Source: Octopus sinensis (lineage: Eukaryota). From it: a stretch of DNA of 64,000 bases. The notes below the pieces were generated by a model. It ran no database searches. It was given only the letters and a program-made list of their open reading frames with translations, and was not told the origin of the DNA. The stretch spans positions 26,362,464 through 26,426,463 of the forward strand of contig NC_043011.1 in NCBI RefSeq assembly GCF_006345805.1, read 5' to 3'. The position numbers and the translations under genes are program-made. Positions 12,166 through 26,050 of this stretch are shown in pieces (the first letter of the stretch is position 1; each line of letters starts with the position of its first letter).

Positions 12166-12250
12166 GACAGACAGGTAAGTAGTAGAAAGATAGATAAACA
12201 AACAAGCAGACAGATAGATAGTTAGTTAGATATTTAGATAGATAGATAGT

Positions 12251-12335
<85 letters not shown>

Positions 12336-12345
12336 GTGTTGCCTT
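11690..12345. repeat. Compound microsatellite block (TA, CATA, GACA, GATA)
   Basis: Seen directly. Confidence 0.95.
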
Positions 12346-13409
12346 ACTTGATATGCCTCTCTATCCACGGATCCGTCTATTCAGTATCGCTCCCCTACAT
12401 GATAGAACTTCTCTGTTGGTGATTCTATGTGAGCATATGTATGAATATATGCTTACTTACGTGTATGTATACATCGAAAGCTATATGTGTGTGTTCGTGT
12501 GTGTACATGTGTCTGTGTGCGCACATATATGTGTATGTATGTGTGAGATGTAATGCACCGAACTGAAGAATCTGTTATTTGTTACTTTGCTACATCAAGA
12601 TATAGAGATAGAAGAATGAGAGGCAAAGGAAGAGTGAGAGAGAGAGAGAGAGCGAGTGAAAACGAGTAAGGAAGAGAGAAGGGGAAGAGAGATAAGACGA
12701 GGAGTTAGAGGGTGAGAGAGAGAGAGAGAGAGAGAGAGACGGGAAGAAGAATGAAAAAGAAGTAATGAGTGAGACAGACGGATAGATGGAAGAATAGGGG
12801 GAAGGAGAGAAAGTGAACAAAGAGAGAGAGTGAGCGAGAAAAATTGAAGGAGAAATCTTAAGAAGGAAGAGGGAGGTACGTTGGAATCATTTCCAGCCGA
12901 TCTTCTAATTCGTTCTCTGAGAACTCTGCATTCTTCAGTCTTTCATTCACACTGAAATAATGGCGCGGATTGAGAACAAGGAGGTGGATAGAGACTGAGG
13001 GAGTGAAATATATAGTTTGAGAGAGAAGGAGGAAGAGGGAGAGGGTGAAAGAGAAGCTTGTGAAGGTTTGGTGAAAGGAGAAAGAGAGAGATAAAGAGAT
13101 AGAGAGACCTGTTGTTTGTACGAATTTATGAATATGTATATACGTGTGTGTATGTGTGTCTGTGTGTATGAATATATATATATATATCTGAATACACATA
13201 CACACACATGCATACACACTCACACACACTCATTCACATACACATACAAAAGCGCACATATGTGTTCAATGCTGTTCATTCACTTTCTAGGTAATAAGAG
13301 TTTCTCGCTTTCTCGCAATGTGACATTTTTTTTCAGCAACAAAAAAAAAGATAGATCGAACTCTGCGAGAAACTCTGAGTGGTGAGAGCTTAAATTATCA
13401 GCTATGAAA

Positions 13410-13468
<59 letters not shown>

Positions 13469-13496
13469 TAATTGAATAAGGGTAGAAATTGATATA

Positions 13497-13889
13497 TCTT
13501 TATATATAAAGTAAGGTTGTGTGTCTGTCTCCTACGATTTAAATTCCTAACTACTCCCATTTTGCGGTGCAGTTTAACCAAAACCGGTATCTTATAGTCG
13601 TGATTCATATCGAGCCCTTCTGGTATTAGCGCGTGTCTACGATGAGTCTACGATTTTAAAAATAATTTACCATCATTTTTTTCCATTTTAATGCATTTTT
13701 TTCGCTATTATATAAGGGAAGTAACTCTCTAAACATGTCTACAATGAGTCAACGATTTAAAAAAAAATTTACCATCATTTTTTTTCCATTTTTAATGCAT
13801 TTTTTTGCTATTTTTTGGCTATAACTCTCTAAAAGTGCTTTATAGTTATTTCCCTTACAAACCCGAGCAACGCCGGGCGATACTGCTAG
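13497..13889 (+). mobile_element. Non-autonomous Helitron-like element
   Basis: 5' TCTTTATATATAAAG, 3' hairpin CCCGAGCAACGCCGGG then CTAG, inserted between A and T; near-identical copy at 24691-25087. Confidence 0.8.
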
Positions 13890-14386
13890 TATATATATAT
13901 ATATATATATAAACTTTACTACATGTATTCAATATTCTTTCCCTCACTTATACATCCTTTTTCCCTTTCTCATTCTTTCCTTCTCTGTCTCTGTCTCTCA
14001 CTCTCTCTTTCACACATAATACACACGCACTCTTTCTATATGCACATACATATGTACACACATACACACACACACACACATATATACATGCATACATATA
14101 TAAATACATATATATCATATAAATACATACATACATAAACATAGATCGATATGTAGATATCTGTAGATATCTATATATATAAGTATGTATGTGTGTATAT
14201 ATGTGTGTGTATGTGTATGTATGCATGTATCCTTAAAACCCTTAAAAATGTTTTAGCCCGAAGGCTGCGGCCATGCTGGGGCACCACCGCTGTATGTGTG
14301 TATATACATATTTGTGTGTGTTGTGTAGAGAGAGAGAGGAGAGAGAGAGAGAGAGTGAGAGTGAGAGAAATACCTATATATGTATG

Positions 14387-14447
<61 letters not shown>

Positions 14448-14821
14448 ATATACGTGTGTGTGTATATATACACACACACACACAGATACACATATATAGG
14501 GAGAGAGGGGGTGAGAGAGAAAACAGAGATAGAGAGTGGTTGTTGCCGGTAGTTACATCATAACTTGCTAGAAAACGGTTTATTCTGTACATATATATAT
14601 GTGTGGGTTTTTTTTATTGTGTGTGCGTGTGTGTGTGTAGTTGTATCTACGGATGTGAACATTTGAGTAGTTGCTTGCGTAAATGTATGTGTCTACGTAT
14701 GTGTGTATGAATGCATCCAAGTATGTAGGTATGTATGTATATTTGTATGTATGCACGTATGTTGGGTGTATGCAAATATGCCTGGGTTTGTTTTGTGGGG
14801 GGTTGTGTGTTCTCTTGTCAC

Positions 14822-15228
14822 AGGCGCAGGAGTGGCTGTGTGGCAAGTAGCTTGCTAACGAACCACATGGTTCCGGGTTCAGTCCCACTGCGTGGCATCT
14901 TGGACAAGTGTCTTCTGCTATAGCCCCGGGCCGACCAATGCCTTGTGAGTGGATTTGGTAGACGGAAACTGAAAGAAGCCTGTCGTATATATGTATATAT
15001 ATATATATAAGTGTGTGTGTATATGTTTGTGTGTCTGTGTTTGTCCCCCTAGCATTGCTTGACAACCGATGCTGGTGTGTTTATGTCCCCGTCACTTAGC
15101 GGTTTGGCAAAAGAGACCGATAGAATAAGTACTGGGCTTACAAAGAATAAGTCCCGGGGTCGATTTGCTCGACTAAAGGCGGTGCTCCAGCATGGCCGCA
15201 GTCAAATGACTGAAACAAGTGAAAGAGA
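14822..15228 (+). mobile_element. SINE A, full length
   Basis: Complete head, body and tail. Confidence 0.92.
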
Positions 15229-15828
15229 GACTCCCTCTCAGTACGATGTGAGTCTTGCCACTTTTCTATGTGGCCTCCGAAGGTAACGATATGCATTGCG
15301 AGGCCCAGGCTATCTTTGCAGAGAAAGGTTTATCAAAGAAGCAGTGAGACCCCAGAAATATATCATGCAGGGCCATCTTGAATTCTTACGTCCAAGAACA
15401 CATCAGTCACTTGCCTACCTATCTACCTGCCTTGCGTCTGAATGCAAGATAGTAACGGCTCGGGGGACTAAAAGGACCTTCGTCGATTTCTACGATGACT
15501 ATTCAGTGGTTCGATCAACTGAGATACCAGCTCTATTAAATTACATGTAAATGACCTAGTATTCTGCAAACACCCTTCACGTAATCCTCAGACAGAATCG
15601 GCGTGTCACAAATGTTATGACAGATCAGGACTTCGGACCTTTTGAATTAAAAATACTGTTCGAGCGAGCAGCTTATATAGAGTTTCCATGTTACATAATC
15701 TCGGAAGTTTCGGGATCGATCCGAGGCTTTGGTAGAAGACATTTGACTAAGATTCCACGTGGTGGGATCGAACCCCGACCTCGATATTGTGGAGCGTACT
15801 TCTTCGCCATTCAGTCATATTGGTTTCA

Positions 15829-16021
15829 AATTTTTAACACAATTCGGGATTGAGGGTATGCCAATTACATCGACCCCAATACTCAACTGGTACTTATTTT
15901 ATCGACTCCGAATGGATGAAAGACAAAGTCAACCGCGGGGGAATTTGAACTCTTAAAGACGGGCGAAATGCCGCTAAGCATTTTGCCCGGAGTGCTAACG
16001 ATTCTGCCAACTCGCCGCTTT
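15829..16021 (-). mobile_element. SINE family B
   Basis: Minus reads GCGGCGAGTTGGCAGAATCGTTAGC...GAGTTCAAATT...CTTTCATCC...GTCGATAAAATAAGTACCAG. Confidence 0.85.
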
Positions 16022-16511
16022 TTTAACACTCAGTCATATTTCGAAAGAAAAACAAAACTCCGGCGTCGGTCAGATTTGGAACGGTTTCCGACATGTGGGG
16101 TTTCCGGCAGTCTCCTACAACTTGGCGAGGTCCCCAGCGTCTGAAATTTCCCTTATCACCAGATCTACACTGGATTTATCACCATCACATCGAATATAGC
16201 GATGAGGCTAGAAAATACGGATTACTGACGCCAATATAAACTTACATTCTGCAGGTGCTTTTTCCTGTTTTTTGTATGCATATATATACAAACATACATA
16301 CATACAAACATACATACATACATACATACAAACATACATACATACATACATACATACAAACATACATACAAACAAACATACATACATACAAACATACATA
16401 CATACAAACATACATACATACATACAAACATACATACAAACAAACATACATACATACATACAAACAAACATACATACATACATATATATATACATACATA
16501 TATAAATACAT

Positions 16512-16637
16512 TCAAAGGTGGGCCAAAAGTCGTGCACCAAGATTAAAATTCATTTGATTTATATTGCACGTTTCAAAAGTAACACTTTAGTTCCAAATGT
16601 CAACTGTTTTGATGCGTTACTTTTGGACCATCTTGTT
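16512..16637. mobile_element. Tc1-like MITE
   Basis: Imperfect TIRs AAGGTGGGCCAAAAGT / ACTTTTGGACCATCTT. Confidence 0.55.
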
Positions 16638-16757
16638 ATATATTGGTAGACTGAAAGTGTGTGAATACCCGTCGTGCGGGTGTGTGCGCGCCTGGTGTGT
16701 GTACATACATACATACATACATACTTACATACATACATACAAACATACATACATACA

Positions 16758-16804
<47 letters not shown>

Positions 16805-16825
16805 TATATATTATATATATATATA

Positions 16826-17479
<654 letters not shown>

Positions 17480-19203
17480 TTGTATGTATGTATATCGAAT
17501 CCGGGACCTCGTAGTGACGAAACATCTTCAATATTAGGCCATACTATGTACATACACACACACACACACACACACACATATGAATAAGTAGATAGATCGA
17601 CAGAAAGACAGACAGATGGACAGTTACAGCTCAACATCCAATCGCCATCGCCATCATCCTGTATTAAAAACATCTGACTCACCTGACCTCTCTTTGAAGT
17701 TTTCATCCTCGACTTCGATATACAGAAATCTTCCTGCTCCCATCACTCCTATGCAATTGATCATACGGACCCCAGTTTAGAACCACTGCATTAAATCATT
17801 CGAGACTCTCCAATATAGACAGTAGCCCAAACATTCACCTACAGCACATTTTTCAATGTTTCTATTTTCGCTTTTGTTAAACACAATATTTTAATCATTT
17901 AGAAATATTTTTAAGTGAATGCGATTTCAAAAATGTACAGTAAGTATTTATACTTTAGCTTTCTTTAAACAGACAATATTTTAATGTATTTTTAATTATT
18001 TTCAAGTGAATATCATTACAAAAATTTCGTTTTTGGATTTGGTTTGCAAGATTCTTTATGCGAGTTCGTGTGTATTCTGTTGTGGCTAAGGAGAGTCATT
18101 TTCTTTTTGTGCCTTATAATTTAACACACTCACCGGTAAAATTTCCACTTATTGCTTATTTTTATTTTTATTTTTATTTTCCTATATTACAAAAATTTTT
18201 TATTGCAAAAATTTTTTATTAAAAAGATTTTTTTTGGCATATTTAAAAATATTTTAAAGTGAAAATGACTTTAAAAATACGGTAAATATTTCGTAAAAGA
18301 CCCGTTCATAACCTCGGTATGAAATAATTTTTTTTCATAGGTATTTTTCGAGTCCATTCAACGTATCTCACCTCCAAAGATTTGGCTGCAATTTCTAGCA
18401 AGCCCTGCTACCACGTAACAGCTATTTTTGATAAAGGACCCAAACAATTGTTACGTGGTAGTAGGTTGTGCAAGAAATAGCAGCCCAATCTTTCCTTTTC
18501 TTGGGAAGGGAGCCGTTTACGCGTGATTTCAATGTCACATTCGTTGAAAGAATGCGAAATAATATGGAAAAGAAAAAACACAAAACAAAACGCACACATT
18601 TACACAGACGCACGGTTGTGGTACTAAGAGCCAAATGACTTTTGTTGTTTAAAGCGCTTGCGCTAAATGCGTTCTTGGAAGCACACTCTTCTTCCTCTAA
18701 AGCATTAACAAAATCACTTGATCACCGCACAAAGAATAAAATTGACACTGCTGGAGAATTCCAAATGCATGAGAATGCAAGCAATGATAAGAGAAGTTGA
18801 TATTTGTTCGGAAGTTCGAAGGAAAGGTGCACATGCTAAAATCCAGTTTGAATAATGAAGAGGAATGTAATAGTCGGCCATCTCGAGCCAAGTTCTCATT
18901 ACCAAAATCTAGTGGGGAATAATGAAGGATACGATGTTATCAACAAGAAGCAACTTCTACTGTTACGAACAGAAGACAAAGGCGCTTAAAGAATCCTCGC
19001 TGTTTGCACCTGAAGGGCTGGTGATTAAACTTGGTTTATCATATCACTTGAAATTTTCTGTTGTCGAGGATGTCCAGTTGACATTTAGACTGCACTTGTT
19101 TCAGTATTTGGACTGCGGCAATGCTGGAGCATCAACTTGAAGAGTGTTAGTCGAAGGAATCTATTCAGTATTTGGTTTTACTCGTAAGTCTGGTTCTTAT
19201 TCT

Positions 19204-19390
19204 TATTCCTTTACTGCCCACAAGGGGGCTAAACATAGAGGGGACAAACAAGGACAGACAAAGGGATTAAGTCGATTACATCGACCCCAGTGCGTAACTG
19301 GTACTTAATTTATCAACCCCGAAAGGATGAAAGGCAAAGTCGACCTCGGCGGAATTTGAACTCAGAACGTAACGGCAGACGAATACCGCA
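19204..19390 (-). mobile_element. 5'-truncated SINE B with 18-bp TSD, inserted into an old SINE A
   Basis: AAGTCTGGTTCTTATTCT at 19186-19203 and 19391-19408. Confidence 0.9.
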
Positions 19391-19466
19391 AAGTCTGGTT
19401 CTTATTCTGTCGGTCTGTTTGCCGAACCGCAAGCTTATGGGAGGCAGTATTTGAGAACAAACACAG

Positions 19467-19499
<33 letters not shown>

Positions 19500-19543
19500 A
19501 CACACACACACACACACACACATATATATTTACATACATCAAC

Positions 19544-19635
<92 letters not shown>

Positions 19636-20395
19636 GGCGGTGCCCTAGTATGGCCACAGCTCATGAGCTGAAACTAGAATCAATCAATCATATATATATA
19701 ATATATATATATACATACATACACACATAAGTACATGTAATATACTTATATACACATACACACAAACATATGCGCGAGCACGCGACGGTTTTCCACACAG
19801 CATCCATCAACCGAATTCACCCACAAGGTTATTGGTCGACCCGGTGTTATAGTAGAAGACACTTGACTAAGGTGCTACGACATGGGACTGAACCTGAAGC
19901 ACCGTGGTTCCAAAACGAGCTTCTTAACCACACGGCCTATTCTTACCTGGAAGATTTATTCTTCAAGCCAGTAAATTCTTCAAATGGTTTTGATTTTTTT
20001 TTTTGCTTTTGCTTTTTTTTTTTTTGGTTGGTTGGTTGGTTTTGTTTTTTGTTTTTTGCAATTCACAAGCCGCAAATATATTCTCCCACATTTTATGACT
20101 TAATCAAAGAAGGATTGGCAGCGCCCATAATTTATTCACGGTCTCTGAGACTGGTGAGAAGAAAATGAAGGAACGACTGCTGATGGTTTACTGCTGTTAG
20201 AGAAATGTAATAAGATGTTAGCCTCCTCACACGGATGACAGGGTCTGAAAAATGAAGGTAGCCGTAGACTGTGACGTGCAATGAATAATAAAAATGTGCT
20301 ACAATGCGGGCCTAAAGAACTTGGGTATTCCTTGATTGTATCAATGCTTTCCGGCACTACTGGGGAGAGACAGGCAGACAGACAAACACAGAGGC

Positions 20396-20432
<37 letters not shown>

Positions 20433-20517
20433 TAGGTGTGATGCTCTCAGAAGATGCTGAATTGTTAATGATCTCCAGTAACCAACGAAGGGAACGTCAC
20501 GTGATACACACTCTTTC

Positions 20518-20563
<46 letters not shown>

Positions 20564-20602
20564 GATCTTTTATCTTTTTCTATTTTTATTTGTTTCAGTA
20601 TG

Positions 20603-21650
20603 GGATCTTTGCGGTTATCGTCATTGTATGTCGAAATCTTTGAGAAAAATTATATAGATGTAATTTTTGACGCTGAAACCAAATTTGTTATTCATATATT
20701 ATAAAACAAACATTTGCGAAAATGTTACAGGTGTTCAGAGTTTGATAATTTTCAGAATTTTCAGCCAATCAGAAAACAGCGCGTTCGCTGCCTCATCCAT
20801 CATCTGTCACAATAGCGAGAAAGCGGGTGCGGATGGGGTGGCACCGGCATGCCAAAATATTAAACTAGCTACAGTAAACAGTGAAAAACGTTAAAAGATT
20901 CGCGAGCAAATTAAATATTTAAAACCTACGAGCAAACCAACAGGAGTTGCTAGAAATAACAGTCAAAACATTGCTCCGAACAGACATTTATTAGCTTAAA
21001 ACATTCAAGAACGGAAGTTTGTAATACGCTCAAGGATTTTATAAAATAAATTATATTTCTTATATCTCCTTCTCCACATAAGTTCACAAAGATAAGAGTC
21101 AACCATGGAACGGTGTGTCCCACACTGACGTTTGTCTCCACGCTTTAAAGATGCCCATGTACTCTCGTTTTGTTGAATGTGAGTCCCATCATTTGAGTTA
21201 ATGAATTCAATGCTATGGTTCACAGATTTATGTTTAAAATCATAGCCCAAGATTTCTGGGATGTGATTATAAGCTCGCCACAGGTCACTGAAGATAGTGG
21301 TTCCTGGAAGAACTTTGTGTCGTATGCAGACTTTGTTTACACTCCTTGTGCGCATGCGCAGCATCTTTGGTTACTATGGAAACAGAGTTCTTTGCAATCA
21401 CCTATGGAACACGTGGTGCTTCTTTGCTTACTATGCTAACAGAACTTCACGGTGATGTGTAAAATACTTGCTTCTGATTGGCTAAAATATCCAGATTTTG
21501 CAAATTTTAAAGGCTAATAACTTTCTAATTATGAATTTGTAGGGGAAATGAATTTCATTTTCACAATTAGTATACCAAACTTAGTCCATATACCAAATTT
21601 GAAAACAATTGGAACAAGATTGTAGATAGTGACGATAACCACAAAGATCC
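20603..21650 (-). mobile_element. Merlin (ISXO2/IS1595-like) DNA transposon, internally deleted
   Basis: 21-bp TIRs GGATCTTTG(C/T)GGTTATCGTCA (1 mismatch), perfect 8-bp TSD TCAGTATG, transposase remnant inside. Confidence 0.9.
21005..21340 (-). pseudogene. ISXO2-like transposase C-terminal fragment
   Basis: LPGTTIFSDLWRAY...HKSVNHS.EF....GTHIQQNESTWASLK...YLCELMWRRRY; N-terminal part absent. Confidence 0.88.
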
Positions 21651-22829
21651 TCAGTATGAACTGTTGCCATGCTGGTGCACCGCCTTGAAAAGATTAGTCA
21701 AACGAATCGGAGATCTAGTTTTTTATCATTCGCAAAACATGCATTTTTTTAAAGAGTGAAAAATCAGAAAATCGGCTATAATAATAAAGTTTTTCAGTCG
21801 AATTGCTATGAAGGTATGATGTTGTGGAGAAAAAAATTGGAGGAAAATGTTACAGAGGTTTAAAAACCGAAAAAAAAAACCTGTATTCATAGCCAATAGC
21901 GAGGCAAATTTTCTGCGTTTAGCGGAGCAGTGTCAGCTTTAAGGTTGTAGCCTGCGAAATTTATAGTTTAGCGTCAGTGAAACGACCTCTTCATTGTAGG
22001 TTTCTAAATTAACAGAAATACCTAATAAAATCAATATGTATCATCTTACTGTTTCTTTTATCTCTTCATTGATTGTAGGTTTTTATTATTATTTTTTTTA
22101 ATTTGTAATATTAATATATTTGTGTTTACTTTATGCGTATTTCAGTATTATGATTACCCCTCATGTATTTGTGTACATCATTAATATATAAGTGCATGTG
22201 TGTGTGTGTGTGAAAAGGAGCGACTGTCTCAAAAACTTCAAAGTTGAGTAACGTTTTCATGCTTGGATTTGTAAACTACGATAAGAATAACACTGGTCAA
22301 CAAAGAATTTGTCCCAAGAGAAAGAATACCTGTATCATATGCTTTTGCATACAAAATTCAAACCTAATTTCAAATTATCTGTACTAAGTTCACATATTCC
22401 ATTCACCTTCATAATGCCAAGAAACTGTATAAACATCGCAAACAACTTTTTTCTATATATAAAAAAATATGTAAAATATTAAGACAATTAACGAAAAATA
22501 TCTATAATAAAATTCTAATTACTAAATATAAACTTTTATAAAAACAAAACACAACATGCGGGTGGAACACAACACAATGTGCGGTTGTCATGGTAACAAT
22601 TTGTTAATGTCTCGCTGTTTGCTGATTGGCTAAAATTACCCAAATTTCCCAACTTTAGTTCGAAATAACCTCAGATTCTTTCATTTACGAGATAAAGTAA
22701 TTGGCTGGTCGTAATAAAAATTCAGAATTGCATCGATACGTCAAAATTGGAAGCAATCTGAGCAAAATTAAAGGCGTGGGGGGGGGAGACTCATTTTGCG
22801 AATGAAAAAGACTAGATCCCGAATGGATT

Positions 22830-23160
22830 GGGCCCCAGGTACTTACTTTCTAAGTCAGGTACTTATTCTATCGGTATCTTTTACCGAACTACTAGATTAA
22901 CGGGACATAGACTAAACCGACACCGGTTGTCATGCAATATGGTGGGGACAAACACAGATAGAAACACGCACACTACACACACACACACACACACACACAC
23001 AGAAGACAGGCCTCTCACAATTACCACCTACCAAATGCACGCACAAAATATTTGTTGGCCCGAGGCTATAGTAGAAGACACTTGCCCAAGGTGCCACACA
23101 AAGGGGCTGAACCTGAACGTATGTCATTGCAAAGTGAACTTCTTAACCACACAACCATGT
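22830..23160 (-). mobile_element. Old diverged SINE A
   Basis: Recognisable GAGGCTATAGTAGAAGACACTTGCCCAAGGTGCC block. Confidence 0.75.
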
Positions 23161-23223
23161 TTGTAAATAAATAAAGAGAGAGAGATAGTGGGGAGAAAGA
23201 AAGAAAGAGAGAAAGATAGACAG

Positions 23224-23287
<64 letters not shown>

Positions 23288-23890
23288 CACAAATAAACAC
23301 ACTTATAACACGGTCTCGCTTTTCATGGAAAACTGGACGGTTGTAGGGGATGGGTATAGTAATAGAAACAATGAGGGAGGCGGTGGTTGCGAGAAGGGCT
23401 TCGGCGGTGCTGCTGGTAGTAGTAGTAGTAGTAGTAGTGATGGCGGTGGTATTAACGGTAGTCTGGGAGTAGATGGGTAGGAGAGCCATCTCAAGACATA
23501 ACAAGTCGAAATGAGAAACAAAACCAGTTTCACTACTACTCGTATCTCCACAGCAACAAATGGCTTTTACTACTGCTGTCTTCGCTAATCATCCAGAGAA
23601 ACCCTATTACACACTATCACCAGAAGTTAATAACGTCTACCACCAGATACATTAGTATTTGTCTGTAGGTTAGATAAATGTACACAGTTTCAATTCAAGA
23701 TTCTTAGCAATGATGAGTTCTTGAAATTTAAAAGAATTAATTTATTCTAGTTAATGACGTGAAACACAAGTAGCAGCAATGATTCCGAAAAATCTTTGTT
23801 CGTGGTGATGAAAGAGCATGTATTATATGTTTGAGACGCTGAGTGAAAGCTTATCTTCCGTTGATATATTTAAGAGTTCATAGCTTATAC

Positions 23891-23965
23891 CAAGGGTCTC
23901 CGGACCACCGGGCCGCAGTCCAGTACCAGGTTGTTGATCATTTGGTACCGGGCCGCACAGAGAGA
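23891..23965 (+). mobile_element. hAT-Charlie-like terminal fragment
   Basis: CAAGGGTCTCC...CCGGGCCGCAG...CCGGGCCGCACAG resembles hAT MITE termini as recalled; not searched. Confidence 0.45.
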
Positions 23966-24013
23966 ATAACATTTTAAATTATGAGTTGTGTTATATATAT
24001 ATATATATTGGTT

Positions 24014-24247
24014 TAAGGCGGCGAGATGGCAGAAACGTTAGCACGTCGGGCGAAATGCTTAGCGGTATTTCGTGTGCCGCTACGTTCTGAGTTCAAAATC
24101 CGCCGAGGTCGACTTTGCCTTTCATCCTTTCGGGGTCGATTAAATAAGTACCAGTTACGCACTGAGGTCGATATAATCGACTTAATCCGTTTGTCTATTC
24201 TTGTTTGTCCCCTCTGTGTTTAGCCCCTTGTGGGTAGTAAAGAAATA
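24014..24247 (+). mobile_element. SINE B, full length (tail type 1)
   Basis: AAGGCGGCGAGATGGCAGAAACG head to GTAAAGAAATA tail. Confidence 0.9.
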
Positions 24248-24416
24248 GGTATTTCGTTAGTCTTTACGTTCTGAGTTCAAATTCCGCCGAGGTCGACTTT
24301 GCTTTTCATCCTTTCGGAGTCGATGAATTAAGTACCAGTTGCGTACTGGGGTCGACCTAATCGACTGGCCCCACCCCCAAAATTTTGGGCCTTGTGCCTA
24401 GAGTAGAAAAGATTAT
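24248..24416 (+). mobile_element. SINE B, 5'-truncated (tail type 2)
   Basis: Shared core, tail GGCCTTGTGCCTAGAGTAGAAAAG. Confidence 0.85.
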
Positions 24417-24420
24417 ATAT

Positions 24421-24640
24421 ATTGGTTTCAAATTATGGCACAAGGTCAGTAATTTGGGAGGAGGGGTAAATCGATTACATCGACCCCAGTGCTATTCAAC
24501 TGGCACTTATTTTATCGATCCCGAAAGAATGAAAGGCAAAGTCGACCTCAGTGGATTTGAACTCGGAACGTAAAGACAGACGAGATGCCGCAAAAACATT
24601 ATCCCCGGCGAGCTAACGATTCTACCAGCTCGCCGTCTTG
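24421..24640 (-). mobile_element. SINE B (tail type 3)
   Basis: Shared core, tail ...GTGCCATAATTTGAAACCAAT. Confidence 0.85.
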
Positions 24641-24690
24641 TTTGCATTATATATATTGCAATGCAATAATAGTATAAATAAAATGCATAA

Positions 24691-25087
24691 TCTTTATATA
24701 TAAAAGTCAAGTTGTGTGTCTGTCTCTCAATGATTTAGATTCCTAACTACTCCCACATTTTGCGGTGCAGTTTAACCAAAACCGGGTATCTTATAGTCGT
24801 GATTCATATCGAGCCCTTCTGGGTATTAGCGCGCGTCTACCATGAGTCTACGATTTTTAAAAAATTTACCATCATTTTTTTCCATTTTAATGCATTTTTT
24901 TCGCTATTATATAAGGGAAGTAACTCTCTAAAAATGTCTACGATGAGTCAACGATTTTTTTTAAAATTTACCATAATTTTTTCCATTTTTAATGCATTTT
25001 TTTGCTATTTTTTGGCTATAACTCTCTAAAAATGCTTATATAGTTATTTCCCTTACAAACCCGAGCAACGCCGGGCGATACTGCTAG
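24691..25087 (+). mobile_element. Non-autonomous Helitron-like element (copy of 13497-13889)
   Basis: TC start, 3' hairpin plus CTAG, internal duplication shared with copy 1. Confidence 0.8.
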
Positions 25088-25179
25088 CACACAATATAAT
25101 AATTACATTTGCATTATATATGTAACAATTAAATTATGTATGATGCACCTTAATGCGAGTTGTTATGTGCATAATACCC

Positions 25180-26050
25180 CAGTTGGTGGAAAAATTTTCT
25201 TGGATGAAACTGGTTCTTAATGCGAAAAAGTTTAGGTACATCTGGTTTATACTATATGCATATGAACCAGAACTAAAAGTGCAGAAGAGGAAATCAGTGA
25301 TGTGTCATCTGTATATTTGAATGAAATAATACAATTTTGAGACTGTAGCTGTTATTCAAATTAGTAACAAATAGAAAGAGTTCTAGAATAGAGTCTTGAG
25401 GAACACCAATGGAAGAATGCAGCTAAATAATTGATACCAATTACTAAAGTAACTTTGAAACGTTTTTAATTCCATAATGATGTATTTTAAAGAACAGACT
25501 ATCATGATCAAATGTTTCGAAAGCTCTTGAAAGGTCAAAAGAATATTTTGAAGGGTACTTTTTTTCAATTATCTCAGATAAAATTGGTTCCATCAACTCT
25601 CTGGTTGATAGCTTTTTGTCGAAAGCTTTTGACAAGTCCAAGTATATTCTGAAAGGTGATTTTTTTCTTGTTTTTTTTTTCCTTGGTTATTTTCTATAAA
25701 ATTGGTTCTATCAATTCTATGGTTGTATATGTTGTGGAATGAATTCTCTGAAAATAATACTAGCGTCTGTGAATTGTGTCGTTCTCGTTCAGAAATAAAT
25801 ATAGTGTTTTGAATAATTTAGATTCACTTGGCAGTAAAGAAATCCGTTGATAGTTCGAAAAGGACTTTTTTTTTTGTGTGTGTGGGAATAACTTTAACGA
25901 GTTTTGATGGATCACGAAAACACAAATTTGGATAGATTGGTTATTGAATAAACACGGAGCCTCAGTTGGTGTATCTTTAAGGACTGGTGAAAACATATAG
26001 GGGTAGCATCAGAGCCAAAACTGTGTTTCACTTTCAAATTATTATTTTTT
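25180..26050 (-). pseudogene. Decayed CR1/L2-group LINE reverse transcriptase fragment
   Basis: Remnants NYQRISLLPSESKLF, DLSKAFD, GVPQDSIL, YTDDT in order on the minus strand. Confidence 0.75.

Noticed and set aside
14822-14900. tRNA genes at SINE heads
   Set aside because: A/B boxes continue directly into SINE bodies in many copies; no separate cloverleaf or terminator.
18680-19020. Purine-rich coding-looking stretch
   Set aside because: Stops in all plus frames and no identifiable motif.
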